Assembly (NCBI GenBank): GCA_963732385.1
Contig: CAVSZB010000002.1
Coordinates: forward strand, 160,001 to 224,000
DNA length: 64,000 bases
Reading direction: 5' to 3'
Origin: an uncultured bacterium
GTDB taxonomy: Bacteria > Krumholzibacteriota > Krumholzibacteriia > LZORAL124-64-63
The notes under the pieces were generated by a model. That model was given only the letters and a program-made list of their open reading frames with translations. It did no database searches and was not told the origin of the DNA. Position numbers and translations under genes: made by a program. This document shows, one piece after another, positions 56,199 through 64,000 of this stretch (position 1 is its first letter; every line of letters starts with the position of its first letter).

Positions 56199-57040
56199 CC
56201 GCCGGCGCGGCCCTCGACGACCTCGACGACGCCGAGCGCGCGTCGCTCGACGTCCACCTGGCGTTCTGCTCGCCCTGTCGGAGCGAGGCCCGCGAGCTCG
56301 TCGACACGGCGGGGCTTCTCTCCTTCGCCGTTCCGTCCCGCCGTCCGCCGGCGTCCCTGCGCGGCGGCATCCTTGCTGCGATCGCAGTGGCCGAGGGCCG
56401 GCCGGTCGGCGTGCCCGCCGCAGCGCTCGCCGACGCCGGCGCGATATCGATCCCTGCCGTCGCTGAGGCGACCCTGACGTCGGCGACGTCCGACGTCGTC
56501 GATCTCGAGACGCTGCGTCGCGAGCGGTCCCGCTACCGGCGTCTGTCGTTCGCCGGGCTCGCCGCCGCCGCCGTCCTCGCGATCGCCCTCGGCGCCCTGG
56601 GCACGACGGCCGCCGGCCTCGACAGCCGGCTCCGGCAGGCCACGACCGAGCGCGACGTCGCCGTCGCCCAGCTCGCCCGGACCGACCAGGCGATGGCGGT
56701 CGTCCTCGCTCCCGACCATGCCACGGCCCAGCTGACCCCCGAGGCGATGGCAGCCGATGCGTCCGTCTACGTCGTCTACCGACCCGGGACCACCGAGGCC
56801 TGGCTGATGGCCGGCAACCTTCCCGAGCCCCCGGAAGGCCACGTGTACCAGCTGTGGTCGGCGGACGCCGCCGGCGTCCACGCCCTGTCGACGTTCACCT
56901 GCAGCGGCGCCGAGGCCTGCCTCGCCCCGTTCGGCGTCGACCTCGCCGACGCGACGGCAACGATGGTCACGCTCGAGCCGACCGGCGGTGCGCAGGGCCA
57001 GCCGGGCCCCCAGGTGGCGTTCGGCGAGCTCGAGGGCTGA
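56171..57040 (+). CDS. Anti-sigma factor (zf-HC2 + TM + RskA-like domain)
   Basis: HLAFCSPC, PPASLR, TM LAAAAVLAIALG, VYQLW, VTLEPTGG. Confidence 0.88.
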   Translation: MDHRTFRELAAGAALDDLDDAERASLDVHLAFCSPCRSEARELVDTAGLLSFAVPSRRPPASLRGGILAAIAVAEGRPVGVPAAALADAGAISIPAVAEATLTSATSDVVDLETLRRERSRYRRLSFAGLAAAAVLAIALGALGTTAAGLDSRLRQATTERDVAVAQLARTDQAMAVVLAPDHATAQLTPEAMAADASVYVVYRPGTTEAWLMAGNLPEPPEGHVYQLWSADAAGVHALSTFTCSGAEACLAPFGVDLADATATMVTLEPTGGAQGQPGPQVAFGELEG

Positions 57041-57092
57041 GGGCGCGAAGGCGCCGCGACCCGCGCTGGCGCCCCGGTTCCCGCGCGCGAGC

Positions 57093-57611
57093 TCAGCGAG
57101 CCGCGTCGGCCCCCCGCGCTCCTTCCAGCACGAGGAGGCGCCGCTTCGCCTCGACGCCGCCCGCGTAGCCCGTGAGCGAGCCGTCGGCCCCCACGACCCG
57201 GTGGCACGGGATCACGATCGAGATGGGGTTGCGGGCAACGGCCGAGCCGACGGCACGGCCTGCACCGGGCCGCCCCAGCCGAGCCGCCAGCTCGCCGTAC
57301 GTGATCGTGGTGCCGGCCGGGATCGCGCGGAGGAGCTCCCAGGTGCGCTGCTGGAATGGCGTGCCCGCCCGGAACGCCACCGGGATCGCCGCCGTGGCGG
57401 TCGCGTGCCCACCGAGATGCGCGTCGATCGCGGCGACGATCGGCGCGAACGCCGCGGGGTCCTCTCGCCAGGCCGGGTCGGCGGCGGGCCCGCGCCGATG
57501 GTCGGGCAGGTAGCAGCCGGTCAGGACGGTCGTGCCGTCGGCCCTCGCCTCGCCCACGAGGAGCAGCTCGCCGAGAGCGCTCGGGTGGCGGGCGCAGATG
57601 GTGGTCGTCAT
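57093..57611 (-). CDS. ogt: Methylated-DNA-protein-cysteine methyltransferase
   Basis: [36 protein letters not shown]. Confidence 0.95.
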   Translation of the reverse strand: MTTTICARHPSALGELLLVGEARADGTTVLTGCYLPDHRRGPAADPAWREDPAAFAPIVAAIDAHLGGHATATAAIPVAFRAGTPFQQRTWELLRAIPAGTTITYGELAARLGRPGAGRAVGSAVARNPISIVIPCHRVVGADGSLTGYAGGVEAKRRLLVLEGARGADAAR

Positions 57612-59132
57612 CGGGATCCTCCCTCGTCGGTCACGCGCGGTCGATGGGCTCGGGCCGACGGGAGATCCGCCAGCGACGCCCAGAGGTGATGAACGGCGTA
57701 CGAGCGCCACGGCCGCCAGCGCTCGGCCCGAGCTGCAAGGGCGCGTGGGTCGGCCTGCACGCCGGGCTCGACGAGCCCGCCCCGCTCCCCGTACGCCCGG
57801 CGGAGGGCGACGTCGCCCGGGAGGAGCACGTCCGGATCGCCGAGCGCCCGCATCGCGACGTAGGCCGCGGTCCACGGGCCGACGCCCCGGATGCCCCGCA
57901 GGCGCCGGACCGCCTCGTCGCGGTCGACGCCGGGATCGAGCCGGAGCCGCCCACCGGCCAGCTCGCCGGCAACGCCCCGCAGCGCGTCGCGGCGGACCGG
58001 GGGTCCCGGCAGCGTCGCCGGCTCGGCGGCCGCCACGACGTCGGCATCCGGGAACAGGTGCGAGAGGCCGCCGCTCGGTGCTGCGAGTGGCACGCCGTGC
58101 GTCGCGACCAGCCGTCCGGCGAGGGTCCGCGCGGCCGCGACCGTGATCCCCTGCCCCAGGATCGCCCGCAGGGCGAGCTCGGTGCCGTCGGCAGCCCCCG
58201 GTGAACGGCGCCCCGGCACGGCCCGGACGAGCTCGGCGAGGAGAGGATCCTCGCCGAGCACCGCGTCCACCGCCACGGGGTCGGCGTCGAGGTCGAGGAG
58301 TCGCCGGCAGCGGGCGACCGCCGGGCCGAGGTCGCGGGGGTCGGCGAGGGCCAGCGTGCAGCGTATGGCCTCGCCGCCGTTGTCGCAGCTCGACGATTGC
58401 CGGCCCGTGCGGCAGGGCCAGGCGTCCGCCGGAACGTCCCGTCCACGACCTCTTCGACGCCCGGGACGGCGCGCGCCGCGAGGAAGGCGAGGAGCGCATC
58501 CCAGGCGAACGGTGACCGGCGGGCGAGGCGCAGCTCGATCCGGCCGGCGGGTGCCGGGCTTCCCGGCCGGCGTGCGCGCGGAGGTCCGTCGGCGCCGCGG
58601 CAAAGACGTCGCGGATCGTCGCGTTGAACTGGCGCAGCTGAGCCGAACCCGGCCGCGAAGGCGATCTCGGTGATCGGCAGGTCGGTCGTCTCGAGAAGGA
58701 GGCGGGCGACGTGGGCGCGCTGCGCGCGGGCGAGCGCGAGCGGCCCCGCTCCAGGTCCGCGACGAGGTGGCGACGCACCTGGCGCTCGCTGTAGCCGAGC
58801 CTCCCGGCGAGCCCTGGAACACCGTCCCGCTCCACGACGCCGTCGGCGATCAGGTGCATCGCCCGACCTGCGAGGTCGGCCCGAAGGTCCCAGGCCGGCG
58901 ACCCGGGGACGGCCCCGGGACGCAGCGCTTGCAGGCGCGGAAGCCGGCCGCCTGCGCGGCCGCGGCCGTCGGGTAGAAGCGCACGTGTGCGGGACGCGGC
59001 GTCGCGGCGCGGGCAGCTCGGCCGGCAGTAGATGCCGGTCGAGGTCACGGCCGTGAAGAACCAGCCGTCGAAGCGGGCGTCGCGGCTGCGGACCGCCCGG
59101 TAGCGCTGCTCGAAGTCGAGGTCGAAGGCCAT
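57608..59132 (-). CDS. alkA: Ada Zn-finger/AraC-HTH/AlkA DNA-3-methyladenine glycosylase fusion (frameshifted)
   Basis: [53 protein letters not shown]. Confidence 0.9.
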
Positions 59133-59269
59133 GCCGGCAGGATCGCACGGCGGCCGGGGGGATGCTCGCGGGTTTCGGCCATCGCGAGCGTGGCCACCAC
59201 GGGCGGTGGGCAGATCGCGGCGAGTCGAGCCCGCGAGCCGACGCCGCGCCGGGACCGGCGAGCTGGGGG

Positions 59270-60507
59270 CTAGAGCGTGGCGCCCCCGGCAACGAGGAGG
59301 ACCGCAGTCGCCACGGGCACCACGGCCACCGCGAGCCACTGCACGGCGACCGGCAGGCGGCCCACCGCCAGGCCCCGCGCCGTCGACCCCGGCGCGCCGA
59401 CGGGCCCGGCGGGCGGCGTCCCGGCCCGGTCGAAGCGACGGGCCGCTGCCAGTACGAGGCCAGCGTGGACCGGATGGGAGGAACGACGAAGCCGAGCCAC
59501 AGGCCGGCGAGAAGGCCCCCGACATGGGCCGCGTTGTCGATCCGGACGCCGAGCAGGGCCCCGAACCCGAAGCCGATGATGAGATTGAGGACGACGAGGA
59601 AGCCGATCTGGCTCATGATCGCCCGCCCGCGGCGGTCGAGGACCGGCCGGTGGACGAGGCTGACGACGACGAGGATGCCGCAGAGGCCGAAGATCGCGCC
59701 CGAGGCCCCCACGCTGGGAGCCGGGCCGCCGAAGGTGAAGCTGGCCGCGGAGGCGGCCGCCGCCGTCAGGACGTAGAACAGGACGAACCGCGCGGAGCCG
59801 TACAGCTGCTCCACGAGCGGGCCGACGAGGTACAGGAAGTACATGTTGAAGAGCAGGTGCATCCAGCTGCCGTGGACGAGCACCGGTGTCACGAGCCGCC
59901 ACAGCTCACCCTCGGCGACGCCCTGCTTGTCGAGCCAGAGCGCCGTCAGCAGCTCCTGCGCCGCCGGCTGGAAGGCGATGACGGACGTGAGGACCGTGAT
60001 CGCGATGATGGCGTAGGTCGCCCGCGGCGATGGATCGTCGGCACGGCTCCGCGAGAACCAACGCCCGGCGGCGCGGGTGTCGCCGAGCTCCTTGTTGAGC
60101 CAGCCGAGGCGCGAGGCGATCTCGGGGCGGTCAGCGGCCGGTGCCCGTCGCTCGGCCTCGCGGTAGGCGTCCCGCGCGCCGCGCAGGTCGCCGTCGCGGA
60201 CCCGGGCGGCGGCCACCTGGCGGAACGCCCGGTACGTGATCGGGTTCTCGGGGAGCTGGGTCGCCTGCTCCCAGCACTGGCGCGCCCCCTCGTCGTCGTC
60301 GAGCCGGTAGAGCGCCTCGCCGGCGCCCACGAGCGCTGCCGCGGTGAGGCCGGGGTCGGGCATCCCCACGAGCCGCCCGTAGGCGACCCGCGCGGCCGCG
60401 TACTCGCCCGTGGCGAGGAGCTCGTCGGCCCGGGCCAGGAGGGCGGCGGCGGTTGCCCGGTCGAGCGGGCCGGAGGCTCGTGGGTCGGAGACGGTGGGAC
60501 CGGTCAT
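59270..60507 (-). CDS. TPR-containing rhomboid intramembrane serine protease (frameshift near 3' end)
   Basis: N-terminal TPR-like helices; [28 protein letters not shown]. Confidence 0.88.
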
Positions 60508-60625
60508 CGTCGCGACCGTAGCAGATGGACGACCGGGGCGCCGTCGGGGCCGGGACGACCTGTCCGCCCGATCGGCTGGCATCTCGGACGGCCCCCGGAG
60601 CGCGCTCCGCACTACACTCACGCGC

Positions 60626-61345
60626 ATGTGCGGGCGCTTCACCCAGCAGCGGCCGAGCGCCGAGCTCGCCGCCCTCTTCGCGGCCGAGGATCTGGCCGAG
60701 AGCCCCGGAGAGCGGTACAACCTCGCCCCCCAGCAGCTCGGGCTCGTCGTCGTCGAGCGCGAGGACCTGCGACGGGCGATCGTCCCCTACCGCTGGGGGC
60801 TCATCCCGTCCTGGGCGAAGGAGGCGAAGACCGGGAACCGGCTCATCAACGCCCGGGCCGAGACGGTGGCCAGCACGCCCGCCTTTCGCGCGTCGTTCGC
60901 GAAGCGGCGCTGCATCGTCCCCGCCGACGGGTTCTACGAATGGGAGCGGAAGTCCCCCGAGATCCGCCAGCCGAACCTCATCCGGCGGATCGACGGCGAG
61001 CCGATGGCGTTCGCCGGCCTGTGGTCGATCTGGCGCGATCCGGCCGAGCCCGACGCCGAGCCCGTTCGGACCTTCTCGATCATCACGACGGGGGCGAACG
61101 CGACGCTCGAGCCGATCCACGATCGGATGCCGGCGATCCTCGCGCCGGCCGACTGGGCCCGCTGGCTCGCGCCCGCGCCGCCCGACGCCGGCGAGCTCCT
61201 CGCCCTGCTCCGGCCGGCCGACGACGGCCTGCTCGAGCGGTTCCCCGTATCCAAGCGCGTCAACAACGCGCGGAACGAGGGCCCCGACCTCGTGATGCCG
61301 CTCGGACCGTCCGGGCCGGAGCCCGGCGAGATCGTGCCGGTCTGA
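60626..61345 (+). CDS. SOS response-associated peptidase (SRAP/HMCES-YedK family)
   Basis: N-terminal MCGRF, YNLAP, WGLIP.W, INARAET, RCIVPADGFYEW, IHDRMP. Confidence 0.95.
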   Translation: MCGRFTQQRPSAELAALFAAEDLAESPGERYNLAPQQLGLVVVEREDLRRAIVPYRWGLIPSWAKEAKTGNRLINARAETVASTPAFRASFAKRRCIVPADGFYEWERKSPEIRQPNLIRRIDGEPMAFAGLWSIWRDPAEPDAEPVRTFSIITTGANATLEPIHDRMPAILAPADWARWLAPAPPDAGELLALLRPADDGLLERFPVSKRVNNARNEGPDLVMPLGPSGPEPGEIVPV

Positions 61346-61394
61346 TCGGCGCCTCGAGGCCCGGGCGCTCACCGCCGCGGCGCACGCCGCGAGA

Positions 61395-62081
61395 TCAGGC
61401 GCCCGCCGCCTCCCAGCCGCCCTCGGCCACCGCGGCCCGCAACGCATCGGCGGCCGGCTCCCCCCGATCCAGCGCCGCCGCGAACCGCCCGACGAGGGCC
61501 GCGAAGACGCCGTCCGGATCCGCGGGCGGAGCCTCCAGGACGGTCGCGCCGGCGTAGGCCTCGGGAAGCGGCGTGCCCGGGAGAGCAACGACGACGAGCG
61601 CCGCGTCGGCGAACGAGGCCGCGTCGGCAACGACCGCCGCGGCACCCTCGGCGAGGGGTTCGACGGCGACCACGACCCGGTAGTCGCGGAGGTAGCGGAG
61701 GCCGAGCGACAGGTCGGCCGCGTCGAGGGTCAAGCCCGGCGGAGCCGGCAGGCGCCCGTCGGGCGGTGGCTCGACGGGCACGGCCTCGAGGATGAGCTCG
61801 CCGATCGCCGCCTCGGCGCCGTCGAGCTCGCCTTCGTCCCGTTCCGGCGCCAGGGCGGTGGGCCGAGCGGGGTCGCGCAGGATGGCGAGATGGCCGATGC
61901 CGCCACGCGCGATCGCCAGGAGCAGCTCCTCGCCCGCGCCGTCCTCGCCCACCTTGGCGAGAAGCTCGACCGGCACACCCGCGGCCGCGGCCGCGAGGGC
62001 CGCCTCGCCGGCGATGCCAACGACCTCGCCCCCTCCCGCAGAGCCCGGTCGGAACGCCACGGGGCCGATGCACACGATCAT
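61395..62081 (-). CDS. PfkB-like hypothetical protein
   Basis: AKVGEDGAGEELL resembles the ribokinase-family signature; only 228 aa. Confidence 0.55.
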   Translation of the reverse strand: MIVCIGPVAFRPGSAGGGEVVGIAGEAALAAAAAGVPVELLAKVGEDGAGEELLLAIARGGIGHLAILRDPARPTALAPERDEGELDGAEAAIGELILEAVPVEPPPDGRLPAPPGLTLDAADLSLGLRYLRDYRVVVAVEPLAEGAAAVVADAASFADAALVVVALPGTPLPEAYAGATVLEAPPADPDGVFAALVGRFAAALDRGEPAADALRAAVAEGGWEAAGA

Positions 62082-62149
62082 GGCCGCCAGCCTAGCACCG
62101 GGGCCGCCGCGGCGAGGGGCCGCCGCACCCGGACGGGCATGCGTCACGG

Positions 62150-62848
62150 TCAGTCGTCGTGGGGCGTCTCGCTCGGCTTCGGGGTCTTGTCGCCGTCGTC
62201 GTGCGTTTCGCTCGGCTCGGGCGTCTCGGTCGGACGCGGCGTCCGTGTCGGCCGAGGCGTCGCGTCCGGGCTGGGGCTCTCCCTCGGCTCGGGGCTCTCC
62301 CTCGGCTCGGGGCTCTCGCTCGGCTCGGGGCTCTCGCTCGGCGTGGCGGACGGGGACGGGCTGGCGCTCGGGGGCGGGCTGGCCGACGGCGACGCGACGG
62401 GCGGGCTCGGGCTGGCGACCTGCGTCGGGATGGGACTCTCGGCCGGTCGGTCGAAGAGGCGCGCCAGGGCGCCGACACCCACGGCGCCCGCACCCACCGT
62501 TCCCACGACCAGGACGAGCACGAGCGCGATCGCGGGCGCCCGGACGGCCACGGGTCGACCGCCGCTCCAGGCGACCCGCCAGAGGTCGCCGAGCGCGGCC
62601 ACGACGCCGAGCACGGCGCCCCGCCGGGCCGCGGTCACCGCCGCAACGACGGGCCGGGGCGTGGGCTCGACGGCAATGTCGGCCATCACGCGGTCGGTGA
62701 ATCCGGCGCTCGGGGCGATGTCCTCCGTGGCGGCGAGCCACTCCAGCTCACGGGCGGTCGCCATCGCCTCGGCCCGCTCGCCAGCCGTGGCCGACTCGCC
62801 GACCTCGTCGGGTCGGAAGCGGTCGGGTCGGGTCCAGCGCTCGCCCAT
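62150..62848 (-). CDS. Putative anti-sigma membrane protein with Pro/Ser/Glu-rich tail
   Basis: TGATG overlap with sigma gene; PSAGFTDRVMA, one TM, ESPEP repeats. Confidence 0.7.
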   Translation of the reverse strand: MGERWTRPDRFRPDEVGESATAGERAEAMATARELEWLAATEDIAPSAGFTDRVMADIAVEPTPRPVVAAVTAARRGAVLGVVAALGDLWRVAWSGGRPVAVRAPAIALVLVLVVGTVGAGAVGVGALARLFDRPAESPIPTQVASPSPPVASPSASPPPSASPSPSATPSESPEPSESPEPRESPEPRESPSPDATPRPTRTPRPTETPEPSETHDDGDKTPKPSETPHDD

Positions 62849-63471
62849 CAGGTCACGCCCCCCGCCTCGAGGGAGCGGCGAAGTCGCTCGAGCCCCCGAT
62901 GGAGATGGGTCTTCACGGTCCCGAGCGGCCGATCGCACTGGTCGGCGATCTCGGCCAGCGAGAGCTCGCCGAAGAAGCGCAGGACGAGGACCTCGCGATA
63001 GGGCTCCTCGAGGCCGGCGACCGCGGTCCGGATCGCCGCGGCTCGTTCCGCGCGAACGGCGAGCTGGGCGGGATCCGGCATGCTTCCGAACGCGGCCGTG
63101 AGCGCCGCCTCCCCGACCCGCTCGCGGCCGCCGGACCGGGACGCGTCGTCGGACACGGGCGTCGGGTCGATCCAGGCCACGGGGCGCCGCCGGCCGGCGC
63201 GCCGGACCGCGATCCGCGTTGCGATCCGGGAGAGCCAGGCGCCGAACGGGCCGTCGCCGCGCCAGGTCCCGAGGGCGCGATAGGCGGTCACGAAGGCCTC
63301 CTGCGCAGCGTCCTCGGCCTCGTGAAGGTCGCCCAGGATCCGGTAGCAGGTGCGGACGACGCTGCGCGACTCCCGCTCGACGAGGGCCCGGAACGCATCG
63401 GCGTCGCCCGACAGGACGGCGGCGACGACACGCCGTGCCTCCGAGTCGTCGGACGGGGAGGATCGGTGCAA
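62848..63471 (-). CDS. ECF sigma factor (SigW/RpoE-like)
   Basis: GDADAF..LV, EAEDAAQEAF, AWLSRIA, L..PYREVLVLR...ELSLAEIA...PLGTVKTHLHRG. Confidence 0.92.
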   Translation of the reverse strand: MHRSSPSDDSEARRVVAAVLSGDADAFRALVERESRSVVRTCYRILGDLHEAEDAAQEAFVTAYRALGTWRGDGPFGAWLSRIATRIAVRRAGRRRPVAWIDPTPVSDDASRSGGRERVGEAALTAAFGSMPDPAQLAVRAERAAAIRTAVAGLEEPYREVLVLRFFGELSLAEIADQCDRPLGTVKTHLHRGLERLRRSLEAGGVT

Positions 63472-63635
63472 GTCGAGATCGCGCGCGGTGTCGATCGCGA
63501 GGCCTCCGGCGTGACGGCGACCCGCGGGGCGGGGTACCGCCGTTGACGATACCCCGCGAGTCGGCTCGCGTGCGGGAAGATCGTCATCTGGGTGGGTCCT
63601 CGCCCGGCGGGCGCCGGGATGCGTGACGCGGAGCG

Positions 63636-64000
63636 TCAGTCGTCCTCGCCGTGATCGTCGTGGTCACCGTCGTCGTGGTCACCGTCGTCGTGGTCACCGT
63701 CGTCGTGGTCACCGTCGTCGTCCTCGTCGTCCGGAGACGCGGACGGGCGCGGGCTCGCGTGGTCGTCGTCGCGGACCTTCGGCGAGGACGTCGGCTCGGC
63801 GGTCTCGGCCGGCTCTTCGGTCTCGGCCGGCTCTTCGGTCTCGGCTGGCTCGGCCGTCGCGTCGTCGTCGGGCGACCCCGTCGGCTCGGCGGTTCCGTCG
63901 GGCTCGAAGGTCGCGTCGTCGGAAGCCACCGGCGAGGACGTCGCCTCGAACGTCGCCCCCTCGGAGGAATCGTCCGACCCGAACGTCGCGGCGGGGGCCG
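63636..64000 (-). CDS. Acidic low-complexity protein, C-terminal part (5' end beyond window)
   Basis: EEPAET and DDGDH repeats (15-bp unit GTGGTCACCGTCGTC x4 at ~63660-63720) ending in a stop at 63636. Confidence 0.6.
   Translation of the reverse strand, partial: APAATFGSDDSSEGATFEATSSPVASDDATFEPDGTAEPTGSPDDDATAEPAETEEPAETEEPAETAEPTSSPKVRDDDHASPRPSASPDDEDDDGDHDDGDHDDGDHDDGDHDDHGEDD

Noticed and set aside
62270..62340. 18-bp tandem repeat as a regulatory array
   Set aside because: It is in frame within a CDS and encodes an ESPEP(S/R) linker.
16451..63101. Numerous long overlapping or antisense ORFs (e.g. 16451-18832, 41791-44706, 52938-56045)
   Set aside because: These are Arg/Pro/Ala-rich shadow frames expected in very high-GC DNA, with no recognisable motifs.

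Overview
The window is not one contiguous genome. It appears to be three unrelated pieces joined in the middle of genes. (1) 1-~6009, GC-rich and Proteobacteria-like: the end of an adenylation enzyme / heme-oxygenase-like diiron enzyme / SDR / secreted TPR cluster, converging on tamB and the 3' end of tamA. (2) ~6010-~16398, AT-rich and Clostridia-like: phosphodiester glycosidase, DUF5693-like protein, csaB, tagA-family glycosyltransferase, orphan sugar ABC ATPase, CdaR/PucR regulator, ftsE and the first codons of ftsX. (3) ~16399-64000, extremely GC-rich, with gene content suggesting Chloroflexota (inference): trehalose-6-P synthase/phosphatase, tRNA-Leu(TAG), Mrp, a polyamine ABC transporter with regulator and aminotransferase, aldolase/HisN, MttB-family methyltransferase, an ABC-GNAT-RsgA operon, CoxD/CoxE/XdhC/MocA accessory genes, GT2, two ECF sigma/anti-sigma pairs and alkylation repair genes. 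Many genes carry single-base frameshifts typical of unpolished long reads, so the coordinates of those genes are reconstructed by eye. The most interesting signals are: an XRE-HTH + PD-(D/E)XK nuclease gene (50615-51490) bracketed by four copies of a GATC-N-GGATCAC hairpin motif and several short tandem arrays (REP/RAYT-like architecture); a uORF + terminator/antiterminator leader upstream of the ABC-GNAT-RsgA operon; an orphan LQRxxGN/HExxH effector-like gene; a CysRS-C-terminal-domain/GT2 fusion; and the uncharacterised diiron-oxidase cluster. All product calls come from motif recognition only; no database searches were run.
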